32,000 bases of DNA from Breznakia sp. PF5-3 (GTDB lineage Bacteria > Bacillota_I > Bacilli_A > Erysipelotrichales > Erysipelotrichaceae), in the NCBI RefSeq assembly GCF_029504745.1, contig NZ_JAQFIQ010000016.1, positions 14,215 through 46,214 of the forward strand. Reading direction: 5' to 3'. How positions within the stretch are numbered: the stretch's first letter is position 1; every line of letters begins with the position of its first letter. This document shows, one piece after another, positions 1 to 7,817 of this stretch. The notes beneath the pieces were generated by a model. It did no database searches. It saw only the letters and a program-made list of their open reading frames with translations, and was not told where the DNA came from. Made by a program: the position numbers and the translations under genes.

Positions 1-513
1 AATAATTGAGACGATGAGTGAAGGAAGAACAATTTCTACCGCACGTAAAATATTATACATAATAGTGCTCACACAAAAAAACAGATATGAAATACCTACA
101 ATTTTAAGATATTCACAACTCAATGTAATAAGTGTCTTATCAGTTGTTAAGATGCGCATAATTTCTTTGGGGAATATAAAGGTTATGAGTGAAATAATAC
201 ATCCAAATACCAATGTATTACGAAGTGTATATGCTAGGGTATGATGAATTGCATCATGATTATTTTCACCCCAAAATCTTGAAATCATAACATTACTTCC
301 TTCAGCTAATCCAGTAATTGCTAGATAGACTAGAAAGTATACTTGATTTGCAAGTGTTGCAGCAGATAAATGAATTCCACCTTGTAATCCTAAAATAAAG
401 ATTGATGACATATTTAAAAGAAAAACAATAAGATTTTGAAAGGTTATGGAAAAAGAAATCGTAGTAATTTCTTTTTTTACTAATTTTTTTGAAAATATAT
501 TTTCATTAGTCAT
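1..513 (-). CDS. MATE-family efflux transporter, N-terminal part (gene continues beyond the left window edge)
   Basis: Absent from the ORF track because no stop lies in the window. The reverse frame is open from ATG at 513-511 to position 1. My translation is MTNENIFSKKLVKKEITTISFSITFQNLIVFLLNMSSIFILGLQGG...GLAEGSNVMISRFWGENNHDAI..., which has the N-terminal layout I associate with MATE exporters. The + strand ORF 14..244 is antisense to it. Confidence 0.55.
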   Translation of the reverse strand, partial: MTNENIFSKKLVKKEITTISFSITFQNLIVFLLNMSSIFILGLQGGIHLSAATLANQVYFLVYLAITGLAEGSNVMISRFWGENNHDAIHHTLAYTLRNTLVFGCIISLITFIFPKEIMRILTTDKTLITLSCEYLKIVGISYLFFCVSTIMYNILRAVEIVLPSLIVSII

Positions 514-550
514 ATTTTATATAATTAATGTATTGATATAAAGTGTTCAT
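506..550 (-). CDS. Candidate 14-aa leader peptide/uORF (MNTLYQYINYIKYD) upstream of and overlapping the MATE start codon
   Basis: The reverse strand reads TAAGGAGGATAATGT-ATG AAC ACT TTA TAT CAA TAC ATT AAT TAT ATA AAA TAT GAC TAA. A near-consensus SD lies 7 nt before ATG 550-548. The stop at 508-506 lies 3 nt past the out-of-frame MATE ATG (513-511), which has no SD of its own. Confidence 0.3.
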   Translation of the reverse strand: MNTLYQYINYIKYD

Positions 551-715
551 ACATTATCCTCCTTATATCCATAACAGCAAAAACCATGCCATTATGGACA
601 TAGTTTTTTAAGACGATGAATACTAGTAGATTTAGATTCTTTCTTTTTTTATTTCGACACTATTTATAGGATTTTCAACACTGACATGAATTCTATAATA
701 CATAATGTTCTTATT

Positions 716-764
716 CTCATAAAGAAAAGCCCTTTCCTAGGTTTTCAAGGATCAGGGCATTTTC
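716..764 (-). terminator. Putative intrinsic terminator after cutC
   Basis: Arms GAAAAGCCCT (724-733) and AGGGCATTTTC (754-764) pair with one bulge. On the minus strand the stem is followed by TTTATGAG. Confidence 0.45.
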
Positions 765-774
765 TTTATAAAGG

Positions 775-1512
775 CTATTTTGATAATGCATTTTTTAAGG
801 CTTTTACTTTATGGTAACTAACAATATCATAATCATTGTTGTTTAAAAATTGATAACTTACTAATTTCGTACTTGTTGTAGGATCTGTTTTATAAGCTTT
901 ACATGATGAATGAACCTGAGTGATTTGGGTATACTCTATCAGGGATTCTACATTGCGTTCATTGATCCCAGAACCCATTACAATTTCAATTTTATCACCG
1001 TATTTTCTTTGAATACTTTGTAGTACGGTTTTTCCATCCTCTGCATTTGCATGGGAACCACTAGTAAGAATGCGATCACATCCTAGTTTGATTAAACACT
1101 CTATGGCTCCATCAATATCTAAACAAATATCAATTGCACGATGGAAAACAGCTTCTTTTCCATAGGAATGAATGAGTTCAATCATTTTTTTAGTAGCAGG
1201 TTTATCAATCGTTTTATCTTCGTTTAGAAAACCAAAAGCTATACCATCAGCATGCTGATCTAATAACATTTTAGCGTCAAAAAACATTGTTTTTTGATCT
1301 TCGTGGTCGTAGCAGAAACCACCTGCTCGTGGACGAACCATGCAAATGGTTTTCACATTTGTATGTTCCTTGGTTTCAACAAGGGAACCAATGGAAGGTG
1401 TAAGTCCACCTAAAAACAGTGCACTATTAAGTTCAATTCGATCTGCACCAGCTTGGGCTGCATGAAATGCATCGTAAAAGCTACCACAACATACTTCTAA
1501 AAGGTTATTCAT
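775..1512 (-). CDS. cutC: CutC-family protein (copper homeostasis protein CutC, PF03932-type TIM barrel)
   Basis: LEVCCGSFYDAFHAAQAGADRIELNSALFLGGLTPSIG matches the CutC N-terminal signature. The likely start is the internal Met (MNNLLEV) at 1512, not the track start at 1542. It overlaps the upstream gene end (1505) by 8 nt. Confidence 0.8.
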   Translation of the reverse strand: MNNLLEVCCGSFYDAFHAAQAGADRIELNSALFLGGLTPSIGSLVETKEHTNVKTICMVRPRAGGFCYDHEDQKTMFFDAKMLLDQHADGIAFGFLNEDKTIDKPATKKMIELIHSYGKEAVFHRAIDICLDIDGAIECLIKLGCDRILTSGSHANAEDGKTVLQSIQRKYGDKIEIVMGSGINERNVESLIEYTQITQVHSSCKAYKTDPTTSTKLVSYQFLNNNDYDIVSYHKVKALKNALSK

Positions 1513-2026
1513 ATAGCATCCTCCCTTTTCCATCAATTGCAACAGTCACAGGAAAATCAACAACTTCTAAGCGTTGAATTGCTTCTGTTCCTAAATCTTC
1601 AAAAGCAATGACTTCTGCATGTTTAACACATTTTCCAAGCAAAGCTCCTGCGCCACCGATGGCAACCATATAAAGTGCATTATTTTTTATGATTGCATCT
1701 TGCACTGCTTTACTTCGATAACCTTTTCCAATTGTAACACTGACACCTAAATCATATAACTTTCCAGCATAAGTGTCCATTCGTGCACTTGTAGTTGGTC
1801 CTGCACTACCGAACGTTTTATTTGGTGGGGTTGGTGTAGGGCCAACATAGTATATCGTTGCATCTTTAAGATCAAAGGGTAATTCAATTCCTTGGTTAAT
1901 CATTTCAGTCAATCGTTTATGTGCAGCATCGCGAGCGGTATATATTGTACCTGTAATGTAAACCAAATCACCAACCTGTAATGTTTCACATAGTTTTTTG
2001 GTGATAGGTGTAGTAACTTTTATCAT
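1505..2026 (-). CDS. Fe-S hydro-lyase beta subunit, class I fumarate hydratase (tartrate/fumarate subfamily)
   Basis: 173 aa with YTARDAAHKR and GGAGALL motifs typical of the beta (C-terminal) region of class I fumarase/tartrate dehydratase. 4-nt overlap with the alpha subunit gene. Confidence 0.8.
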   Translation of the reverse strand: MIKVTTPITKKLCETLQVGDLVYITGTIYTARDAAHKRLTEMINQGIELPFDLKDATIYYVGPTPTPPNKTFGSAGPTTSARMDTYAGKLYDLGVSVTIGKGYRSKAVQDAIIKNNALYMVAIGGAGALLGKCVKHAEVIAFEDLGTEAIQRLEVVDFPVTVAIDGKGRMLYE

Positions 2027-2871
2027 TGGATGACCTCCTTAGCATGACGAGTAATGTGACAAGAAATATTTACAGCAACTGGTAATCCAGCAATATGTGT
2101 AGGAAAATATTCAATATTAATCGCCAATACCGTAGTATCTCCTTTAAATCCTTGAGGCCCAATATTTAACTTATTTGCCTCAGTTAATAAAGTTTTTTCT
2201 AATTGTGCATATTTAGGGTTTGGATTTGCCATAGTAGCATCACGTAGGGTTGCCTTTTTTGCTAATACAGCAGCATAATCAAAACTACCACCAATGCCGA
2301 CTCCTACCACCATTGGTGGACAAGCATTTGGTCCTGCCTGCTTTATTGCATTTAGTACTGTGTCTATAACACCTTGCTCTCCTTGAGCAGGTTTAAGCAT
2401 TTGTAACATTGACATGTTTTCACTACCAAATCCTTTTGTTCCAATTTCGATTTCTACTTGTTCACCATCAACTATTTCACTATATATGATACAAGGCGTA
2501 TTATCTTTGGTGTTGATTCTTTCATAAAGTGGATCATCAACAATTGATTTTCGTAAGTACCCTTGCTCATAACCTTGTCGAACACCCTCGTTTATAGCTT
2601 CATTTAAACTACCATCAATAAGTTGAACATTTTGTCCAATTTTTAAAAAGACGATAACCATTCCTGTGTCTTGGCAAACAGGAATATGTTCTTTTGCTGC
2701 AATATCAGCATTCTCTTGTAAGAGTTTTAATGTGGTTTTTCCTAAAGGGTTTCTTTCATTGTGAGTTGCTTCATCTAAGAGAAATCGGATATCTTTTGGA
2801 TAGTTAAAATTTATATCTTGTACCATTGTACAAACTTTATCACGAATGATATTTACACTGATTGGTTTCAT
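2023..2871 (-). CDS. Fe-S hydro-lyase alpha subunit, class I fumarate hydratase
   Basis: 282 aa with the PVCQDTGMV cluster-ligand motif and GVGIGGSFD. 4-nt overlaps on both sides. The adjacent malic enzyme favours fumarase over L-tartrate dehydratase, but the sequence alone does not settle this. Confidence 0.8.
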   Translation of the reverse strand: MKPISVNIIRDKVCTMVQDINFNYPKDIRFLLDEATHNERNPLGKTTLKLLQENADIAAKEHIPVCQDTGMVIVFLKIGQNVQLIDGSLNEAINEGVRQGYEQGYLRKSIVDDPLYERINTKDNTPCIIYSEIVDGEQVEIEIGTKGFGSENMSMLQMLKPAQGEQGVIDTVLNAIKQAGPNACPPMVVGVGIGGSFDYAAVLAKKATLRDATMANPNPKYAQLEKTLLTEANKLNIGPQGFKGDTTVLAINIEYFPTHIAGLPVAVNISCHITRHAKEVIQ

Positions 2872-4040
2872 TTTTTCACCAACTTGCTTTTTTCTGCAAC
2901 ATCTTGTACTGCTTTTGCAACTACGTTTACGACATTATTATTAAATGCATCAGGAATAATATAATCATCTCGTAAGTCTTTTTCATCAATTACAGAAGCA
3001 ATTGCATATGCTGCAGCAACTTTCATATCTTCATTAATTTTGGTTGCCTTTGCATCTAACGCTCCGCGAAAAATTCCAGGAAAGACTAAAACATTATTAA
3101 TCTGGTTAGGGAAATCACTTCGCCCTGTAGCAACTACTCTCGCGCCACCCTTCTTTGCATCATCTGGCATGATTTCAGGAATAGGGTTAGCCATAGCGAA
3201 GATGATTGCATCCTTGTTCATTGAACTAACCATTTCAGAATTTAAAATGTTTGGGGCACTAACACCAATAAAAACATCCTTGTTTTTTATAATAGTTTCC
3301 AAGTTGCCTCGTTGTTGTTTGGGGTTTGTGATTTCAGCTATTTCTTTTTGTACATCGTTCATCCATGGTTCACCAGGACATAAAGCGCCTTGTAAATCAA
3401 CAAGCGTAATATCACAGAATCCAATCTTTTGTAATAATCGGCAAATGCTAATACCAGCACTACCTGCTCCATTGATTACAACACGAACGTTTTTTAAATC
3501 TTTGTTTACAAGTTTTAGTGCATTTAATAATCCTGCACTAACAACAATAGCGGTTCCATGTTGGTCATCATGGAAAACAGGAATATCTAGTTCATCAATT
3601 AAACGTTTTTCAATTTCAAAGCATCGAGGAGCACTAATGTCTTCAAGATTAATTCCGCCAAATGTTGGAGCTAAATATTTTACTGTTTTGATGATTTCTT
3701 CAACATCTTGAGTATCTAAGCAAATGGGAAAGGCATCAATATCAGCAAATTCTTTAAAGAGAATCGCTTTTCCTTCCATTACAGGTAGAGCGGCTTCAGC
3801 TTTAATATTACCTAATCCTAGTACTGCACTTCCATCACTTACTACAGCAACCAAATTACCTTTGCTCGTATATTTATAAACATTACTTTTATCTTTTACT
3901 ATTTCTCTACATGGCTGGGCTACACCAGGTGTATACGCTAAGGAAAGGTCTTCCATAGTATTGACTTCTACTTTCGATACTACTTCGATTTTTCCATGAT
4001 TTTTTTTATGTAAAGCTAATGACTTTTCATACACATCCAT
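2868..4040 (-). CDS. NAD(P)-dependent malic enzyme (short bacterial type)
   Basis: 390 aa. [30 protein letters not shown] and the Rossmann motif VINGAGSAG are typical of short malic enzymes. Confidence 0.85.
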   Translation of the reverse strand: MDVYEKSLALHKKNHGKIEVVSKVEVNTMEDLSLAYTPGVAQPCREIVKDKSNVYKYTSKGNLVAVVSDGSAVLGLGNIKAEAALPVMEGKAILFKEFADIDAFPICLDTQDVEEIIKTVKYLAPTFGGINLEDISAPRCFEIEKRLIDELDIPVFHDDQHGTAIVVSAGLLNALKLVNKDLKNVRVVINGAGSAGISICRLLQKIGFCDITLVDLQGALCPGEPWMNDVQKEIAEITNPKQQRGNLETIIKNKDVFIGVSAPNILNSEMVSSMNKDAIIFAMANPIPEIMPDDAKKGGARVVATGRSDFPNQINNVLVFPGIFRGALDAKATKINEDMKVAAAYAIASVIDEKDLRDDYIIPDAFNNNVVNVVAKAVQDVAEKSKLVKK

Positions 4041-4066
4041 AAAAACACACTCCTTTTTATCTTTTT

Positions 4067-4075
4067 ATTATAGCA
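4067..4075 (-). promoter_or_regulatory. Extended -10 promoter element for the malic enzyme-fumarase-cutC operon
   Basis: The minus strand reads TGCTATAAT (TGnTATAAT) about 27 nt upstream of ATG 4040, followed by the SD AAAAGGAG. Confidence 0.45.
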
Positions 4076-4110
4076 CGAGATACTTTTAGAAAACGATTAA
4101 ATATAAAGCA

Positions 4111-4148
4111 AACTTATAAAAAGTATCAGTTTAAACGACTGATACTTT
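4111..4148 (-). terminator. Putative intrinsic terminator overlapping the VanZ-like stop codon
   Basis: Perfect 11-bp arms AAAGTATCAGT (4120-4130) and ACTGATACTTT (4138-4148) with a 7-nt loop. On the minus strand the stem runs into TTATAAGTTT. Confidence 0.45.
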
Positions 4149-4599
4149 CTTTAATTATTTTAAATATACGATACATGAGATAGCCTATGATAATACTTCC
4201 TACATTTAAAATAATATCATCAATATCAAAGCGACCCAAATTTGTCAGAAGTTGAAATACCTCAAATGATGAAGAGATAAGAAAACTTAATAAAGCTGTT
4301 TTGATAAATGAATATTTATATAGATAACCAAGAAAGAAACCAAGGGGTAAAAAAGCGATTGTATTTCCTACAAGATTAAAAAAAGCATTTCCATAAAAAC
4401 CATATTGTATAGCTGAAAAGTTAGCTTGAATTGTTTCAAAAGGTACTAGATTTACTCTTAATGATATATTTGGATCAAAAATATTAAAGAGATTTATTCC
4501 TCTAAGACCATTATCAATCTTGATAATCACAAAGAGAAAAAGAAAAAGCATGTATATCATAAAAAGTATTTTCATTGGTTGGTTTGTCACTTTTTTCAT
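4126..4599 (-). CDS. VanZ-like family membrane protein
   Basis: 157 aa with about 4 TM segments, the NLVPFETI motif and a C-terminal FDIDDIILNVGS motif, both typical of the VanZ-like family. Confidence 0.65.
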   Translation of the reverse strand: MKKVTNQPMKILFMIYMLFLFLFVIIKIDNGLRGINLFNIFDPNISLRVNLVPFETIQANFSAIQYGFYGNAFFNLVGNTIAFLPLGFFLGYLYKYSFIKTALLSFLISSSFEVFQLLTNLGRFDIDDIILNVGSIIIGYLMYRIFKIIKESISRLN

Positions 4600-4654
4600 A
4601 AACCTACTATATCATATATTGATTAATTAATACCTTAATATTTTCTTAAGATAT

Positions 4655-4685
4655 TATAAAATAAAAACTCCTTTTTACAGGAGTT
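4655..4685 (-). terminator. Intrinsic terminator after the ECF S-component gene
   Basis: Arms AACTCCT (4666-4672) and AGGAGTT (4679-4685). On the minus strand the stem is followed by TTTTTATTTTATA. Overlaps the stop codon. Confidence 0.55.
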
Positions 4686-5229
4686 AACTAATTGCTGTTT
4701 GCGTAGCTTTTGCTGGTTTAGCAATTGCTTGATACACAACTTTAGCGATAAAAAAGTCGACCATACTATGAACAATTGTACCAATCCCTACTAAAACAAT
4801 TACCGAGTAGAAAAAGTTTGATGTATCTGCTCCATTGAAGAAGAATGGCATTACAACTGCAACTTCACATATCGCATGGATAATCGACAAAACAAAAGTA
4901 AAGACAGTAAACTGTTTTATATTTGTCAATAGACTTGGTTTTTTCATGATAGCATAACTACCAATGGTAGCAAACACAAGATGCGATGCTGCACGAGCTA
5001 CAACCGTGATTGGGAAACCTCCGAAAAAGAATCCAATGGTAGTACCAATACATACGGTTATTGTAATTCCAGGTGATAAGAACATTGCAATCATAATCGC
5101 TACATGACTTGCTAACGTGAAAGAAGCCGGTTCGATTACAACTTTAATTGGTGAGAACATTGGAATAATAATTCCAACAGCACATAACATACTTGCTAAC
5201 ATCATTTGATATATTTTATTATTACGCAT
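4684..5229 (-). CDS. niaX: ECF-transporter substrate-specific (S) component-like membrane protein, possibly niacin transporter NiaX
   Basis: 181 aa with 5-6 TM helices and no signal peptide. Size and topology fit stand-alone ECF S components. The NiaX suggestion rests mainly on the NiaR-like palindrome in its promoter (5264-5275). No ECF A/T genes are nearby. Confidence 0.45.
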   Translation of the reverse strand: MRNNKIYQMMLASMLCAVGIIIPMFSPIKVVIEPASFTLASHVAIMIAMFLSPGITITVCIGTTIGFFFGGFPITVVARAASHLVFATIGSYAIMKKPSLLTNIKQFTVFTFVLSIIHAICEVAVVMPFFFNGADTSNFFYSVIVLVGIGTIVHSMVDFFIAKVVYQAIAKPAKATQTAIS

Positions 5230-5263
5230 ACAATTTTCCCCATTTCACACACTATCTTTACAA

Positions 5264-5281
5264 GTGTCATGACACATTATA
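5264..5281 (-). promoter_or_regulatory. -10 box (TATAAT, 5281-5276 on minus) abutting a perfect 12-bp palindrome GTGTCATGACAC; candidate NiaR-type operator
   Basis: The minus strand reads TAGTATAAT-GTGTCATGACAC-TTGTAAAG, about 35 nt upstream of ATG 5229. The GTGT-N4-ACAC core and the right flank resemble the NiaR operator consensus as I recall it from streptococci. Confidence 0.4.
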
Positions 5282-5339
5282 CTAAATATTATGTATTCAT
5301 GCAAGATAAGAAGTAATATTTGGAAATTAGTTTCACTAA

Positions 5340-5365
5340 GAAAAAAAAGGAGTTAATACTCCTTA
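5340..5365 (-). terminator. Intrinsic terminator after the PRD-regulator gene
   Basis: Arms AAGGAGT (5348-5354) and ACTCCTT (5359-5365) with loop TAAT. On the minus strand the stem is followed by T8. Confidence 0.65.
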
Positions 5366-7279
5366 AGGTTCTCTTACAAAGGATACGAGAAGTTCTATGA
5401 ATTCCTCATAGTCCCTAGCTGTTATGATACGTTTGATATTATCATTATCAGTTAGAATCATCGTCAATGTATCAAAGATTTCATTGAAAATATAACGTTC
5501 ATTTTTATTGAAAGCTAGCATCAAGACTAAATTTACAAGTTGTCCATCCCAATCAATTCCTTTATCGCTTATCATGATATTCATACTAGTTTTATTGGCA
5601 TTCATCTTTAATGCATGAGGAACTGCAAATGAATTAAAGGCGGTTGTAGCCATGCTTTCACGATCGCGAATCTCTTGTTCGAAACTTTCATCGACACAAT
5701 CTAGTTTCACCAGTTTTGAACACATATAGTGAATGGTTTCATCTTGGGTTTCTAAGGTTGAGTTTTTTTCAAACAAATCAGGCCAAGTTAATAAATGTAG
5801 ATGCTTTTTAAGCATTTGTTTTTTCTTTTCAATTTTGATTTCATCAATTTTATTGCGAATTGCATAAATGTCTTTATCATTTAATAAAAAGCTTACTGTA
5901 ATAGTTGGTATTGGCAATACAGAACTAATTGGAATTGTTGAAATAATCAAATCATAATTTGAAAGGTTTTCAAACTCTGTTTCGTCAGTGATAACGTTTT
6001 TCACAAGAATACTCGACGAAAAGTTTGTATTGATTGTGCTGATTAACTTTTTATTCATATCATAATAATTGGGACAATAAAGTACAGCATTGATTTTTGA
6101 ATGTAGTGCTTGTTGTGTTTCAAGAGCACTTCCAATATGAAATGCAATATAAGCAATTTCATCATCATTGATATACAATCCAGTTCGCTGTTCAATGCTG
6201 TGTGCCAAATTTAAAGCTGCATCATAAATAAGTGGACAAGATTGTTGAATCCCATTGGACAAAGGGTTTTTACTAGAATAATTATATTTGCTTCGCACTA
6301 AAAGGTTACGGATATGTAAAGCAAAACGTGTTAAAAATTCAGGTTCTGAAAGATTGATATAGTAATAAGAGTTTACTTCGTTTACTAACTCATTTACTAA
6401 TGTCATACATTCTTTTCCAACTAAATTTTCTAGATTTGCTTCTTTCACATTATTATAATCAGTCGCATTTGCATGAGAAATCAATAATAATGTAAGTTCA
6501 TATAATTCCCCTTCGTTGTATTCAATATCAAAATGTTTTTCTAAACGATCAACAACGTTTTTAGCTAATTCAAATTCATGAAGTTTCACCATTGGTTTTT
6601 CACCTTCACTGACAAAGCTTGTATAGTTATGTTTGATTCGGTCAATTGCTATAGTTATATGCAGCACAAGATTTGTCAGTGAATAGTCATTTACGAAGTA
6701 ATGGTATTCTTCGAAGGTTTCCATTACGACGTTTTTGATATATTCGATATCGATATCTGCGAAAGCACTTTGAACAGTTTTTAAATTTACAAAGTTTACG
6801 CTTGATTCATCATAAAGAATAGAACTCATTAGTTTACGCTTGTTCTTCTCAATTCCCTCTAAAGATAATTGATCATTATTATTAATAAGTTTTAAATCGA
6901 ACTTTGCAACTTTACGTTTTACTTTTTTAAGTTCATTTTTTAATGTTGACATGCTGATATATAGTTCATCACAAAGATCAAAAGCGTCAACAGAATCATT
7001 TTCTTTGACGAGACTATTAATAATGAAATCAACACGATCTTGAGAAGATTGTGGGAGGTTGTCTTTATTTTCATCTAATATTTTTCCAGCTTTTTCTAAA
7101 TCAATTCGATACCCTTCGCGTGAAGATATAATCGGATCTTGATAAAGTTGATTGATTTCAGAAATATAGTTTTTTACACTACGTGAAGAAACATCTAAAA
7201 TACTAGCTAAATTATTTGCTGTAACCCAACCACTACTATCCATGAGCGTTTTTACTAAAATTAAATATTTATCCTTCAT
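5363..7279 (-). CDS. PRD-domain transcriptional activator of the LicR/MtlR class (HTH - PRD1 - PRD2 - EIIB-like - EIIA-like)
   Basis: 638 aa. N-terminal wHTH (WVTANNLASILDVSSRSVKNYISEIN). PRD-type helices with conserved His (LVLHITIAIDRIKHN, FALHIRNLLVR, IAFHIGSALE). C-terminal EIIA(Mtl/Fru)-like segment FAVPHALK...LVLMLAF. Divergent from the PTS operon. Confidence 0.8.
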   Translation of the reverse strand: MKDKYLILVKTLMDSSGWVTANNLASILDVSSRSVKNYISEINQLYQDPIISSREGYRIDLEKAGKILDENKDNLPQSSQDRVDFIINSLVKENDSVDAFDLCDELYISMSTLKNELKKVKRKVAKFDLKLINNNDQLSLEGIEKNKRKLMSSILYDESSVNFVNLKTVQSAFADIDIEYIKNVVMETFEEYHYFVNDYSLTNLVLHITIAIDRIKHNYTSFVSEGEKPMVKLHEFELAKNVVDRLEKHFDIEYNEGELYELTLLLISHANATDYNNVKEANLENLVGKECMTLVNELVNEVNSYYYINLSEPEFLTRFALHIRNLLVRSKYNYSSKNPLSNGIQQSCPLIYDAALNLAHSIEQRTGLYINDDEIAYIAFHIGSALETQQALHSKINAVLYCPNYYDMNKKLISTINTNFSSSILVKNVITDETEFENLSNYDLIISTIPISSVLPIPTITVSFLLNDKDIYAIRNKIDEIKIEKKKQMLKKHLHLLTWPDLFEKNSTLETQDETIHYMCSKLVKLDCVDESFEQEIRDRESMATTAFNSFAVPHALKMNANKTSMNIMISDKGIDWDGQLVNLVLMLAFNKNERYIFNEIFDTLTMILTDNDNIKRIITARDYEEFIELLVSFVREP

Positions 7280-7346
7280 AATCCAACACCTTTATTGAGT
7301 AACTATCTTTATTATAACGTTCATTTGTTATTTTTCCTAACAATTA

Positions 7347-7394
7347 TTTTCACTATAAGAGTGAAAGTAATTGTTTTCACTTTGATGGTGAAAA
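7347..7394. promoter_or_regulatory. Two tandem palindromes TTTTCAC-N7-GTGAAA(G/A); candidate operator for the PRD activator
   Basis: TTTTCAC(7347-7353)-TATAAGA-GTGAAAG(7361-7367) and TTTTCAC(7374-7380)-TTTGATG-GTGAAAA(7388-7394). Spacing is 27 bp start to start. The array ends 7 bp upstream of a putative -35. Confidence 0.5.
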
Positions 7395-7401
7395 AGTGTA
7401 G

Positions 7402-7430
7402 TTGCGAGAAAAATTGAGTTGTTTGATAAT
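7402..7430 (+). promoter_or_regulatory. Putative sigma-A promoter of the PTS/GH1 operon
   Basis: TTGCGA (7402-7407), a 17-nt spacer, then GATAAT (7425-7430). SD AAAGGAGAA follows before ATG 7466. Confidence 0.45.
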
Positions 7431-7465
7431 GTTAGTAGAGAAACCGGTTTTAAAGGAGAATTAAT

Positions 7466-7780
7466 ATGAAAAAATTGAGTGTATTATTAGTGTGTGGTTC
7501 AGGAGCAAGTTCTGGATTTATGGCTGCTAACATGAGAAAGGCAGCTTCAAAACAAGGATTAGAAATTGATATTAAAGCAAGAAGTGAATCTGAGATCGAA
7601 AACTATATTGATGAAATTGATGCTTTGATGGTTGGACCTCATTTGGCTTATATTCTTGATGAAGTAGAAGATTATATTCACGATCACCCAGTAAAAGTAA
7701 TTTTGATGAGTGGAGAATATTACGCTACGTTAGATGGAGATAAAGCAATTACACATTTAATGGAGGAAATGAAAAAATAG
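7466..7780 (+). CDS. PTS lactose/cellobiose-family EIIB component
   Basis: 104 aa. LLVCGSGASSGFMA carries the phosphorylatable Cys in the usual position for EIIB(Cel/Lic). Confidence 0.85.
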   Translation: MKKLSVLLVCGSGASSGFMAANMRKAASKQGLEIDIKARSESEIENYIDEIDALMVGPHLAYILDEVEDYIHDHPVKVILMSGEYYATLDGDKAITHLMEEMKK

Positions 7781-7817
7781 ATTATTCAAGTTGAGAAAAT
7801 AAAAAAAGGAGAACAAA

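Noticed and set aside
14-244. 76-aa + strand ORF at the left edge
   Set aside because: It lies entirely antisense to a much better reverse-strand coding frame (MATE exporter N-terminus, 1..513). It has no SD and a low-complexity composition.
3040-3711. 223-aa + strand ORF
   Set aside because: It is antisense to the well-supported malic enzyme gene. Its Ser/Ile/Phe-rich composition is typical of a shadow ORF in AT-rich DNA.
7439-7452. cre (CcpA) site candidate AGAAACCGGTTTTA containing the perfect 10-bp palindrome AAACCGGTTT, between the PTS promoter and its SD
   Set aside because: Aligned on the central CG, it has 3 mismatches at specified positions of the WTGNAANCGNWNNCW consensus. That is too weak to call. 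The palindrome itself is real and could bind something else.
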